Positions 1 to 9,850 of a stretch of 64,000 nt of DNA are shown here, piece by piece. The DNA is from a virus (taxonomy: Duplodnaviria; Caudoviricetes). The notes beneath the pieces are model-generated. The model did no database searches. It was given only the letters and a program-made list of their open reading frames with translations, and had not been told where the DNA came from. Every line of letters starts with the position of its first letter. The first letter of the stretch is position 1. The stretch is taken from IMG/VR virus record IMGVR_UViG_3300020236_000037, positions 2,051-66,050 of that record, one strand, 5' to 3'. A program made the position numbers and the translations under genes.

Positions 1-159
1 GCGCCGGGTCAAGATGGACCGCCTGGACTGCCGGGTGCCGACGGTCGAGATGCCGATCAGGTTGCCTTGCAACAATTGATTGACGAGCAAATCACAGCGA
101 GACTTTCTGAGATCCGTGGAACGATTCGGATTCCGATTCGTGCGACCGCGGGTAATTGA
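1..159 (+). CDS. 3' end of a collagen-like (Gly-X-Y) protein, truncated by the window edge
   Basis: Frame 1 reads APGQDGPPGLPGADGRDADQVALQQLIDEQITARL...GN-stop (TGA 157-159). Confidence 0.6.
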   Translation, partial: APGQDGPPGLPGADGRDADQVALQQLIDEQITARLSEIRGTIRIPIRATAGN

Positions 160-181
160 GTTCGATTTTAGGGAGATCGAA

Positions 182-406
182 ATGGCATTTAGCGATCGTT
201 CAGAGGAGTCGATGGAGCTGGTCTTGCAAAGCCAATCGCAAGGTTTTGCATTCATCATGGAGCAAGGCCGAGCTGGCTTGCTCGAAGGGAAAGTTGGCAT
301 GCGTGAAGGTCTGACGCAGCGAATTATCGGTGAGTCGGGCGGTGGCCAGTCTCGCGCACAATTGCCTGGTGGCATGGGTGGCGTTCCGACGGTGACTGGC
401 GCGTAA
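182..406 (+). CDS. hypothetical protein
   Basis: ATG at 182 preceded by GGGAG; tightly packed with neighbours. Confidence 0.55.
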   Translation: MAFSDRSEESMELVLQSQSQGFAFIMEQGRAGLLEGKVGMREGLTQRIIGESGGGQSRAQLPGGMGGVPTVTGA

Positions 407-407
407 C

Positions 408-644
408 ATGGCAACACCAGATAGTGAGGTGGTTCGATTGGCGGCGGGTAACGCGCGGCGGTTGCTCCAGCTTCGTGGCGCGTTACTTGATCCGCAGATT
501 GACTTTCAGGAGGTGGCCCGCAATGCTCGGAATGAGTTGGCCATGGAACTGGGGCGGATCGAAGTCGGAGACATTTGGCGAGACAATTCGGGAGGCGACG
601 CAACAAACGTACGGGAAGAAGACGAAGTTGGCAACGGCGCTTGA
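408..644 (+). CDS. hypothetical protein
   Basis: Starts 1 nt after the upstream stop; operon-like packing. Confidence 0.5.
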   Translation: MATPDSEVVRLAAGNARRLLQLRGALLDPQIDFQEVARNARNELAMELGRIEVGDIWRDNSGGDATNVREEDEVGNGA

Positions 645-663
645 AGCTGCATTTGTCGACGAT

Positions 664-1017
664 ATGGCTGACAACCTAGCCAAGAGTCGCGCGAACGTCC
701 AAGCGTATACCGCAGCAAAAGTACCTGGCATTGCGGCAAGCAAGGGCGGTGCTGACATGGATAGAGCAGGTATCATCGTTGCGGACAACATCCGATACGA
801 CAACAGCAAGACAGGAGGAGCGTGGCGGTCAGTAGCTGCAATCATACTCGGCCTGGCCACGATCATGGCCATGACATCTGCACTGCCGATACTACTGGAA
901 ATGATGCGAGACAGCGGGACGGCAGCGGTAGCTCCGGCTGATCGAGAGATTGTGCTTTCTTACGAGTGGAGTAACGAGTCCAACACGATCGAATTCACAG
1001 AGGAAAAGCCAGAATGA
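664..1017 (+). CDS. small membrane protein
   Basis: Likely start at MADNL (664) within ORF 424..1017; one hydrophobic segment VAAIILGLATIMAMTSALPILL. Confidence 0.5.
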   Translation: MADNLAKSRANVQAYTAAKVPGIAASKGGADMDRAGIIVADNIRYDNSKTGGAWRSVAAIILGLATIMAMTSALPILLEMMRDSGTAAVAPADREIVLSYEWSNESNTIEFTEEKPE

Positions 1018-1262
1018 AACGTTTCGCAATCATCGCATCGCTCGCTATCGTCGCGTGGTCGCTCGCCGTCCCTGCGTCTGCGTCCGGTTGCCGGAGGTGC
1101 GTCAGACCATTGGTCGTCACACCGGCACCGGCCAGGCGTAGCGAGGTGCTCATGGCTCCGGTCGTCACGCGGCAGGTCTGGGTCGTCAAGCGCCGCTGGT
1201 TCGGCCGTGGCTGGAAGCTGATTCCAAGGCAAGTACCGTTTGTTGTGGTGCCGCCAAAATGA
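1014..1262 (+). CDS. small secreted or membrane-anchored protein
   Basis: Signal-peptide-like MKRFAIIASLAIVAWSLA; ATGA overlaps at both ends. Confidence 0.55.
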   Translation: MKRFAIIASLAIVAWSLAVPASASGCRRCVRPLVVTPAPARRSEVLMAPVVTRQVWVVKRRWFGRGWKLIPRQVPFVVVPPK

Positions 1263-1627
1263 TCAAGCCGCCGCTCGGATACTACCTGCCGTGTAGATGG
1301 GTTTACAACCGTGATGGTGATACCGTTACGGTCAAGCTCCGTACCGGCCAAGAGGTAGCCGTGCGACTGACCGACATAAACGCGGCGGAAAAAAACACCG
1401 ACAAAGGACTCGCGGCGAAACACTGGCTCGATGCATTGTTAGAGCAGAACATCGAGCCAGTTAGCGTGTACCTCACGCTGATCCGTGACCAAAATTACAA
1501 CGAGGTAATTGACGTAACGGACGTGCTCAATTCGGCCACGTTTGACCGTTGGCCTGGCCGCGTGTTCGTCGGCGAGGAAGATCTCAACGACCTAATTGTG
1601 CGAGCTGGGCACGCGAAGGAAGTGTAG
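1259..1627 (+). CDS. thermonuclease (SNase-like) family protein
   Basis: DGDTVTV...VRLTDINAAE motif of the staphylococcal nuclease family. Confidence 0.7.
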   Translation: MIKPPLGYYLPCRWVYNRDGDTVTVKLRTGQEVAVRLTDINAAEKNTDKGLAAKHWLDALLEQNIEPVSVYLTLIRDQNYNEVIDVTDVLNSATFDRWPGRVFVGEEDLNDLIVRAGHAKEV

Positions 1628-1629
1628 CC

Positions 1630-4125
1630 ATGGCACTTCAGCCAATGGCAAGATTTGATGTTATCCCCTACCAGAGGATCACTTCGTCTTTTAAGGTAGG
1701 CGTAGTTGCCTTTACGAAGCCAGGCATTGAGAAGGTTGCGTTTTCGTTCAATGGTGGTGCGGTCATCAACGTCACCAATATGACACTCAATGACCGTGTA
1801 GGCGTGTGGGAATACTGGACGACTCTCAATCCAGCCAGCTATGCGAATGGCGAAGTAGTGACAATTGACGCCACGGTGACGGGGAATGACGGCGGAGCTA
1901 GGGCACTGCCACAAATCTCAGTCGTAGCAGACAACAGCGGGACGTATCGCGTCGTCAAAGCGTGGGTCGACACGGCTGGCGATGACAGTACAGGTATAGC
2001 CTCGGCAGCGGAAACAGGCACGAATCCATTCGCGACAATTGGCAGGGCCGCCGATGAAATACAAATTTACCGCAACGCTCAAGGGTGGGGAAATAACGCA
2101 GACGGTGGCGTTATCTATCTCAACGAAGGCGACCATACGTGGGCGTCTCCGACGACAAGGTATCGGATTGTACTACAAGATGAATGGTTGACAATTACGC
2201 GAGACATATCTGCTAGCAAGGCATTGACACGTATTACAGTTCTTGCATTTGGGCTAGGTGTAGATCGCGTAAAAGTGTCTGGGATTACAGCAGACAAATC
2301 GAATAATGGCATCAACGAATTATTTGGCGGGAACACGCTCGCAAACATTGCTTGGATTTGGTTCAACGACCTCGACGGTAGAGGGTACAGTCCAATAGCT
2401 GATCAAAGTATACTTGCAGGCGGCAAAATAGATAACGCTTACTACACGGAATGCACACTGACTGATTTGTGGCGACCAACCGCAAAGGGAAAGATTGCCC
2501 GTAACATTACGATACAAAACTGCGGGAGCGATGCGTTCCGAAATTGCCCATTGATTATCAACGGTGATGTTGATAACGCTTCCCCAGGTGGCACAGGAGA
2601 ACACACGGATCTGGTTCAGTTCTTCAACAACGCTACTGATCCAACGCTAGATTACAACGTTATCGTTTTTAACGTTAAGGGCACAAACCTTGGATACCAG
2701 GGTGTGTTTTGGCGTGGTGACGATGTTGATCCTGGAGGTACAGATGGTGCGGCGTTTGTGAACGTATACGCAGAGGGGAAAAACACAACGCAAGAGTCAG
2801 GGTTTGTGTTTCGCCGTTCCATGGCTCAATTACTGCTTTGGAATTGCGTATCAACTGGTGGTAAAAATGCAGATGGAAGCAGTAACGATTTTGTTGTAGC
2901 AATCTATTCGGATTCAGGAGGGTTGGCAGGTCTGATTTCGCAATCAGAGGTAAACGTAATTGGTTGCTCGTTTAATATGGTCGCTCGGTTTTCTGGAGGG
3001 GTGAACTATACCGACTGGTGGGACAATCATTACAAGTTCGGAATCAACACGCGAAATAGTTGGGTGACGCCCGGTACAAATTTCACACTTGGTGATCCTA
3101 TGCTCGACGCAACTGGGCATCCGCAAACTGGGTCTCCGTTACTTGAACGGATTGCGGTAATGTCAATCAACTCGGATTACGACGGGAACGACAGAACGCC
3201 ACCTTCATCATTAGGGATTTATCGCGGTCCATCAGAAGGTGGAATTAACAGTGTCACACAACAGAATACTGGAGTAGTGTCCGCAGTAAGCCTAGATACT
3301 GTTGTTGCGGCTATCGTTGATGTCAATGTCGGCGTACTAGCAGCGGGAGTAATTACCGTCGTAGCGCTAGATGTAATAATTAAAGAAGATGTCGACATTA
3401 GGATTAACGTACCTATCCTATCGTTGGTATCTGTGACGGCATTCGATCCTGGTTCATTTTGGAGAGCTAGGTTAGCTATTGCATCTGTTGTTGGTTTACC
3501 CACCACGGTAACTACCGGCGTAAAGATATTCAGCGGAATTCCAAAATTTGGGGATTTCGGCCAATGGACACCCGCGATATCGACGCGATGGTCAATTCAA
3601 AGCGATGGAGGTAGCGATCGTTTACTAATCAACACAAGCGATTATGCGGCATTGTCGGGGCAGCGACTTGGCGAGATTGCGGTCGTAAATTCGAATATAT
3701 ACGGCAATTTTTCGGCGCACTTTACGGTTAAGACGCAGGAGTCACTTGGGGCAAATACATACGCCGATTTTGCATTCGTGTTCGGATACGTTGACAGTAA
3801 CAATTACAAGTATTTTATCGTCAATGCCGATCAGGTATCGAACGAGCTATATGATGTTATCGTTGGCAGCAGGGGGGCGGCAATTGGCACGGCAGGCACA
3901 GCAGGCATCGTGGATGAAGCGTACCACGGTTTTGCGGCTACCCGAGAGGGCACGACGCTTACGATAACCCGTGACGGAGCGGCGTTTTTCTCGATTACGA
4001 ATGCAGCCGTTGCGGGCAGAGGTCAGGTAGGTATCGGTGGATACAACGATTCATCGATCTGGGACGATATTAAATTCACATCAGTTACGCCTATTTCGCC
4101 TGCGATAATGCAGATGTCAGTATAG
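1630..4125 (+). CDS. large putative virion surface protein (beta-helix-like core, C-terminal ConA/lectin-like domain)
   Basis: Long ORF with likely ATG at 1630; GDxVYLxxG-type beta-helix start; C-terminal beta-sandwich ending GQVGIGGYNDSSIWDDIKF. Confidence 0.55.
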   Translation: MALQPMARFDVIPYQRITSSFKVGVVAFTKPGIEKVAFSFNGGAVINVTNMTLNDRVGVWEYWTTLNPASYANGEVVTIDATVTGNDGGARALPQISVVADNSGTYRVVKAWVDTAGDDSTGIASAAETGTNPFATIGRAADEIQIYRNAQGWGNNADGGVIYLNEGDHTWASPTTRYRIVLQDEWLTITRDISASKALTRITVLAFGLGVDRVKVSGITADKSNNGINELFGGNTLANIAWIWFNDLDGRGYSPIADQSILAGGKIDNAYYTECTLTDLWRPTAKGKIARNITIQNCGSDAFRNCPLIINGDVDNASPGGTGEHTDLVQFFNNATDPTLDYNVIVFNVKGTNLGYQGVFWRGDDVDPGGTDGAAFVNVYAEGKNTTQESGFVFRRSMAQLLLWNCVSTGGKNADGSSNDFVVAIYSDSGGLAGLISQSEVNVIGCSFNMVARFSGGVNYTDWWDNHYKFGINTRNSWVTPGTNFTLGDPMLDATGHPQTGSPLLERIAVMSINSDYDGNDRTPPSSLGIYRGPSEGGINSVTQQNTGVVSAVSLDTVVAAIVDVNVGVLAAGVITVVALDVIIKEDVDIRINVPILSLVSVTAFDPGSFWRARLAIASVVGLPTTVTTGVKIFSGIPKFGDFGQWTPAISTRWSIQSDGGSDRLLINTSDYAALSGQRLGEIAVVNSNIYGNFSAHFTVKTQESLGANTYADFAFVFGYVDSNNYKYFIVNADQVSNELYDVIVGSRGAAIGTAGTAGIVDEAYHGFAATREGTTLTITRDGAAFFSITNAAVAGRGQVGIGGYNDSSIWDDIKFTSVTPISPAIMQMSV

Positions 4126-4134
4126 GAGACTACC

Positions 4135-4602
4135 ATGGCTCAAGGTTCATTTACACTGTTCGAGGAATTTGCCAAGCAGCTTGGCGATAAAGAACACAAC
4201 TTTGCCGCGGATACATTCAAAGTTGCACTGGTAGACGAAACAGTACCTGTGCCGGTGGCGTCATCTGTAACACCTACGTGGTCGGATTTCTCAGTCAACG
4301 AAGTCGGTGGAACAAATTACACAGCCGGTGGAATCACAATTCCCGTACCGACATATACGGAAGCAGGCGGGGTTGGAACCTTTCAAGATGATGGAACTGG
4401 TTTTATAGAATGGATACAAGATGCGGCCGGGCCGGCGAATATTTTTTATGCGATCTTGTACAATATTACTCATGCTTCAAATATGGCAATTGGTTTTATT
4501 GACATGACATCCGACGGCGGAAGCAGTGCTATTTCTCTTATCGCCGGCAATATCAGAATTACTTGGCATGCGTCTGGTATTTTTCAAGTAACGGTTAGTT
4601 AG
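4135..4602 (+). CDS. putative virion structural protein
   Basis: GGAG RBS; HNFAADTFKVALV...NYTAGG motif common in phage fibre-associated proteins. Confidence 0.6.
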   Translation: MAQGSFTLFEEFAKQLGDKEHNFAADTFKVALVDETVPVPVASSVTPTWSDFSVNEVGGTNYTAGGITIPVPTYTEAGGVGTFQDDGTGFIEWIQDAAGPANIFYAILYNITHASNMAIGFIDMTSDGGSSAISLIAGNIRITWHASGIFQVTVS

Positions 4603-4611
4603 GGGGGGCAT

Positions 4612-5007
4612 ATGGCTGACATTGCAGTTCTGAAAAGCGAACTTACAGCCGATCTTCTCACGAGAGGTTATTCGGGGATGACCGACGCGGCGGCGGCAAC
4701 CGATCTCAATACCGTGTACCGGACACGTAACAGGTCAAGCATGACTGGTAGCGAGATACTTAACGCCATTGTCAAGGCCGAGTTTGTGGCGTTGGCTGTG
4801 GCCGATAAGCAGATGGTATGGGATGTTATCCACCTTGGAGACATCAACCCGTTTGGCATCGAGGCGGATCTTATGACCGATGCTTTCGGTGGCGGCTCAG
4901 CGACGCTTACGGCGTTGGCAGCGGCACGAAAAGACAGCATAAGCCGAGCTGATGAGTTGGGATTGGGACAAGTTGGCGCTCATCATATCGCAACGGCAAG
5001 AATCTAA
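4612..5007 (+). CDS. hypothetical phage protein
   Basis: Packed ORF with G-rich RBS. Confidence 0.6.
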   Translation: MADIAVLKSELTADLLTRGYSGMTDAAAATDLNTVYRTRNRSSMTGSEILNAIVKAEFVALAVADKQMVWDVIHLGDINPFGIEADLMTDAFGGGSATLTALAAARKDSISRADELGLGQVGAHHIATARI

Positions 5008-5018
5008 GGAAATTTCCA

Positions 5019-5504
5019 ATGGCAAATGAAGTGTACCAGGTACTTGGGACTCCTGTATCGTTCGCTAGTGCTGGAGGTGTTGTGTTCAGCGCGGCAAGCG
5101 TTGCGTTTCAAGCTGGTAGGAAGTCAGCTCAATGGGATCGCGGCGCATCGCCTCAGCCAGATGAGTATTCGTGGCGTGCGAAATTGAAGCTGCAATCAAC
5201 TCCAGTGCTTGGCGAAGCCATTGACTTCTACATGGCGACATCCGATGGGACGATCATCGACGGCACAACGACAGCCGGAGACGCGGCGTTTACTGACGAG
5301 GATGCGCTGAAGAACATGCTCTACATCGGCTCGCTAATTGTTGACACGATTGTTACCGACTCGATCCAGGGCAGCGGTACGTTCCGCATGTACGAGCGGT
5401 ACGGCGTGCTCGTGATGTGGAATAACACGGTAGCAGAAACGCTTTCTGCAACCGCCGGTGACCACGACTTCATCGTCACGCCAATCTACATGCAGGGCCA
5501 GTAA
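5019..5504 (+). CDS. hypothetical phage protein
   Basis: Packed ORF; TAATG overlap with the next gene. Confidence 0.6.
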   Translation: MANEVYQVLGTPVSFASAGGVVFSAASVAFQAGRKSAQWDRGASPQPDEYSWRAKLKLQSTPVLGEAIDFYMATSDGTIIDGTTTAGDAAFTDEDALKNMLYIGSLIVDTIVTDSIQGSGTFRMYERYGVLVMWNNTVAETLSATAGDHDFIVTPIYMQGQ

Positions 5505-6352
5505 TGCCGTTCATCATTGTCCCACGACTCGCCACGCCGTCTTACGAGACCGGCTTCGCCCCCCGTGATGGCGCACCTGCGTATCCGGGTCTGCGGAAAG
5601 GGCTTGTTGGTGCTTGGGCTCCGGCGTTGGGTATGACTGGCGGTAAGCTGAGGGATATTAGTGGACGGGGAAATGATGGCACGCTTACCAATATGGACCC
5701 AGCGACTGACTGGAGCAGGAACGAGGGACGGCTCGGTCTGGACTTCACGTCGGCCACGCCTAATGAGTTTGTGAAAATCACAGGTTCTCCTGTTAGTGGA
5801 TCGCAAAATCGCACACTGATTGCACTCTTTAATTGCCGCAGTAACGTTGGTGCCAATGGAAATGGTGTAGCGTCAATGGATGACGGCGGATATGTCACGG
5901 TGGGCGCGCGGTGGTCGTGTAAAATCACTGATGGTTCGCTGCGAATCGAGGTGAACGGTGGGGGGTATGATACATCGCTGTCGCCATCCCTGAACGAATG
6001 GCATCTCGCTGCTTACGTGCTTGAGGGCACTACGTTGGGCGATCACTGGTTCTACCTTGATGGATTGACGGAGTCAGCAACGGGGTCGCTGACAATAAAC
6101 ACCGGATTGAATGATTTGTATTTGGGAGCTTGGTCTGCCTTGGGCATCAATGGGAAGTCTCTGGAAGGCCATCTTGCGCTATGTCTGTTATACGACCGAG
6201 CATTGTCAGTTGAAATGATTCGCCGCATAGATGCCGACCCACTAGCCCCCCTCCGCCTGCGAGATCGAGTTGCGTTTGCTCCGGCTGCGGCGGGTACATT
6301 CCAATCTGCCTGGGCCAACAGAGCCACAACAATAATCGGAGCGGCGTCGTGA
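5504..6352 (+). CDS. LamG/ConA-like jelly-roll domain protein
   Basis: GLVGAW...DISGRGNDGTL...WHLAAYV...FYLDG...LYDRALS pattern of LamG-like domains. Confidence 0.75.
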   Translation: MPFIIVPRLATPSYETGFAPRDGAPAYPGLRKGLVGAWAPALGMTGGKLRDISGRGNDGTLTNMDPATDWSRNEGRLGLDFTSATPNEFVKITGSPVSGSQNRTLIALFNCRSNVGANGNGVASMDDGGYVTVGARWSCKITDGSLRIEVNGGGYDTSLSPSLNEWHLAAYVLEGTTLGDHWFYLDGLTESATGSLTINTGLNDLYLGAWSALGINGKSLEGHLALCLLYDRALSVEMIRRIDADPLAPLRLRDRVAFAPAAAGTFQSAWANRATTIIGAAS

Positions 6353-7560
6353 GAAAGAACATAGCGTCACAGCACGTAGCATTCCAAATGATCAGTACGA
6401 CCGACGGCTCGGACGTAACGACCGGCACACCTGCCGTTTACTACACGATCGACGGCGGCACGCAAGCGACTGGCACGGGTGCAAAGGTGCACGAAGGCAA
6501 TGGCCAATGGTCGTACGTGCTTGGCGCTGCTGGCGAGTCCAACGGAACACACGTTGCGTTTACGATGGTGTTGACGGGTGCGATAAGCCAGACAGTCAAC
6601 GTCTATCCTGTCTCATACGATCCGACAAACGCAACGACGCTCGGATTGACTAATCTTGACGCGGCCATTACATCACGCCTGGCGCCGACGACTGCCGGTA
6701 GGACTCTTGGCATTGACACATCCAATCGCGCTTTTGCAGATGTTGAACGGTGGGGTAATTCAAACATTGCCACGCCAGCAATCGCAGGTGTACCGGACAT
6801 CAATGTCATTCGTGTTGGTGGTACAACGACAAATGTTTCGGCGATGGCTACAAACGCGAACGCTATCCTCAATTCCCTTCAGGCAGCGACAGGGACGGCG
6901 GACAGTGGCACAACACTGACAATGGTTGACGAGGCTCGTGACGAAGCCGATACAGATTATTGGGTTGGTTCTCTGATCTACTTCACGAGTGGAAATATTG
7001 CTGGCCAAACTCGCCTCATAACCGCATTTACTGCTGGAAGCCCAGCTACAATCACGTTTACTCCGGCCACTACGCTGCCCGTTGTGACCAACACATATGA
7101 GATCCGTCCCGCCGCTGCTGGCGTGACTGCTGGTGATATTTCTTCTGGGGTATGGGATCTTACTACGGTTGGGCATATAACAGCGGGAACATTTGGTGCC
7201 CAGCTTAAAACAGTTCTCGATTCGCGAATGGCCGAAGCGAGCATTAACACAACGGCTGGTACTGTTGATACCGTTGCGACAAACACCGACATGCGTGGCA
7301 CGGACAGTGCAGGTGTTCTCACGCAGGTCAACGCAGCAATTGACACGGCGATTCCAGAGTTATCCGTCGGCGCACCGGTAACAACCCCGACGATACGCAC
7401 CGGGATCATGCTCGGCTACATGAAACTCGTAAACCAATTCGTCGTCCAGACCAGCACGGGATCGGAAGCAATCGAGATTTACAACGCTGCCGGAACCAAG
7501 ATCGCATCTAAGTTAATCAACGATGACGGAGCGGATTTCACTGAAGCGAAGGCTGTGTGA
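6349..7560 (+). CDS. modular virion surface/fibre protein A
   Basis: Thr/Ala/Gly-rich; C-terminal about 80 aa paralogous to 9139..9828. Confidence 0.6.
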   Translation: MRKNIASQHVAFQMISTTDGSDVTTGTPAVYYTIDGGTQATGTGAKVHEGNGQWSYVLGAAGESNGTHVAFTMVLTGAISQTVNVYPVSYDPTNATTLGLTNLDAAITSRLAPTTAGRTLGIDTSNRAFADVERWGNSNIATPAIAGVPDINVIRVGGTTTNVSAMATNANAILNSLQAATGTADSGTTLTMVDEARDEADTDYWVGSLIYFTSGNIAGQTRLITAFTAGSPATITFTPATTLPVVTNTYEIRPAAAGVTAGDISSGVWDLTTVGHITAGTFGAQLKTVLDSRMAEASINTTAGTVDTVATNTDMRGTDSAGVLTQVNAAIDTAIPELSVGAPVTTPTIRTGIMLGYMKLVNQFVVQTSTGSEAIEIYNAAGTKIASKLINDDGADFTEAKAV

Positions 7561-9122
7561 TGGCTATCGACACCCAGTCAAAACGCATGTCGATTGTTGG
7601 TAACGGACCGCTTCCTACGGGAGTGATTGATGTTGCCGAGAGGATGTCAGAGGCCGGAATTTACAACGGGAATGTTATTGGAGCGTTAGCGGTGGCAAGA
7701 TTTTGGCTAGGTACAACGTCAGCAGATCCCACCGTAGCAGCCAATTGGTCGGCAACGAGTGGTGGTGCTGGAGGTGCGTCAGTACCCGGTTCAGCCGATG
7801 ATGTGACTTTTGATGGTGGCGGCAACAACGCATGCACGATCGGTGCTGCTACGTCATGGGGTAGCATCTCAATGGTCGTCGGTTACACGGCGACGTTTTC
7901 GTGGTCGAGCTACACAATCACACTGACCGACGGCGGCAATGCAACGTTCGCTGGTGGTGGTGAGGTTGACAATGGTAGCGGTACGCTGTCATTGACCAAC
8001 GGCGACTTCGACAACTCGGCTCAGACGACGTGGACTCGCGGGACGAGTACGTTGACGATGGGCGGGGTTGGGACGCTGACGAATTCATCATCATCTCCTT
8101 TGTGGAGCATTACGGCAAGGGCATCATCCGTAATAACACTAAATGGAACACTACTTTATACCCTCGGACAAGTGCAAGTAGATGGAACACTATCCATTAG
8201 TGCAGGTCTTGATGCGAGATTTTCGCAAGGGGCAAGCGGAGAACTAATTGTCAGTTCAACGGGCATCGTTACTGGCCCAGGGACTGTTACTATTTACTAC
8301 CCTGGCGCTAACATGGGGATCACGTCTCTCTCGCCTAGCGCAGTAATTGATGTCAGTTTACTTATCGTGCTTAATCCGAATGTAGCGGCCATCATCGCTA
8401 GCGGGACATACGATGCTGCTACGACTGTTTTCAAGGCGGTATCTACAAAAACTCTAACCCTTTCCACCGGCGACTACACCTTCACTGGCGGCCTTGAATT
8501 CAGAAACACCGGCACTGGCACGTTAACAATCGCGAACAACACGAACAACCCAAACATCACAGTGCAAGGTGACGTCATCTGGACGAACACCGGCGGCGGG
8601 ACGATCACGTACACGAAGGGTAACGGCACGTTCACGGCGTCTGGTGCAGCGAATCAATCATTGGACTGGGCCGGGTCAACAGTCGAAGAGCTGACGATCG
8701 ACAAGTCGGCCGGCACGCTCACGTTCACGGCCGCCGCAACGTTCGATGCAATCACGCACGCCGATGGCGACGTGGACTACAACGGACAGACCATCGCAGC
8801 TACCGGTGATTGGAACGCATCCTCGCCAGCAACGATGGCTGACCTTGGACTCTCTGCGCTGTCGGCTGGCGGCGATCTCACCTGGTCAGGTACCGCTGGT
8901 AGTGAGCTTGTGATCAGAGATCCTGCGGCCATCTGGACGCTTGCCGTGACAGGTAATGGACGCTTCAATGCATGCGACGTCGAGCGATGTAACGCGGCTG
9001 GATCGGCATCGGCTATTATCGCGGCTAACTCGATAGACAGTTTGAACAACACAAACGTTACGTTTGTCGATGTTGCAGCGGCAAGTGGTGGGATCAACAT
9101 GGGAATGTCAATCTCAATTTAA
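7557..9122 (+). CDS. beta-helix/adhesin-like repeat virion protein
   Basis: FWLG...NWSATSGGAGGASVPGSADDVTFDG start and GTLTL-type repeats. Confidence 0.6.
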   Translation: MMAIDTQSKRMSIVGNGPLPTGVIDVAERMSEAGIYNGNVIGALAVARFWLGTTSADPTVAANWSATSGGAGGASVPGSADDVTFDGGGNNACTIGAATSWGSISMVVGYTATFSWSSYTITLTDGGNATFAGGGEVDNGSGTLSLTNGDFDNSAQTTWTRGTSTLTMGGVGTLTNSSSSPLWSITARASSVITLNGTLLYTLGQVQVDGTLSISAGLDARFSQGASGELIVSSTGIVTGPGTVTIYYPGANMGITSLSPSAVIDVSLLIVLNPNVAAIIASGTYDAATTVFKAVSTKTLTLSTGDYTFTGGLEFRNTGTGTLTIANNTNNPNITVQGDVIWTNTGGGTITYTKGNGTFTASGAANQSLDWAGSTVEELTIDKSAGTLTFTAAATFDAITHADGDVDYNGQTIAATGDWNASSPATMADLGLSALSAGGDLTWSGTAGSELVIRDPAAIWTLAVTGNGRFNACDVERCNAAGSASAIIAANSIDSLNNTNVTFVDVAAASGGINMGMSISI

Positions 9123-9138
9123 TTGGGTGGATGAACTG

Positions 9139-9828
9139 GTGGCGATACAGCATAAAAAGAACACTGCATACTACTTGGCATTTCCAATGGTAGATAAGGT
9201 GACTACTGCCGCATTTAAGAGTGGCGAGACAATCAATGACACCGCGTACTACAAGGACGCCGCTGGTGCATGGACCGTGCTGGCGATAACTGACACAGTG
9301 TCGGAGATATCCACTACTGGAATGTACGAGATCGACCTTACTGCTGCTGAGATGAATCACGATCAGATCATCATAAAGATGACAGGTGCGAACAGTGTAG
9401 ATGCAGCGTTTGTGTTTGACACCAGGACGGAACTTGCTGAAGACCTTGGCAACGGAACTGGCAAGGTATCACTCCTGACAGCAACGCAAGCATCAGTGGA
9501 CGCTATCGAAGCGGATACCAACGAGCTGCAAACAGACGACGTGCCAGCCCTGATAGCGGCACTGAATAACATATCGTCTTCCAGTGTCCTCACGCAGGTG
9601 AACGCAGCACTAGACACTGCGATTGCCGAGTTGGCAGTTGGGTCGCCAACAACAACACCGTCAATACGCACCGGGATCATGCTAATGTACATGAGACTGC
9701 GTGAGAAACTAGTAGTTCAAACGAGCGCAACTGATGCCGTGGAAATCTACAACTCCACCGGAACCAAGATCGCCTCGAAATTGATCTCCGATGACGGGAG
9801 TGATTACACAGAGGAGCGAATGACATGA
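9139..9828 (+). CDS. modular virion surface protein, paralogue of A
   Basis: Likely GTG start at 9139 (MAIQHKKN); C-terminus paralogous to 6349..7560. Confidence 0.6.
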   Translation: MAIQHKKNTAYYLAFPMVDKVTTAAFKSGETINDTAYYKDAAGAWTVLAITDTVSEISTTGMYEIDLTAAEMNHDQIIIKMTGANSVDAAFVFDTRTELAEDLGNGTGKVSLLTATQASVDAIEADTNELQTDDVPALIAALNNISSSSVLTQVNAALDTAIAELAVGSPTTTPSIRTGIMLMYMRLREKLVVQTSATDAVEIYNSTGTKIASKLISDDGSDYTEERMT

Positions 9829-9850
9829 CCAGCGAGAAGGGGCATTAAAC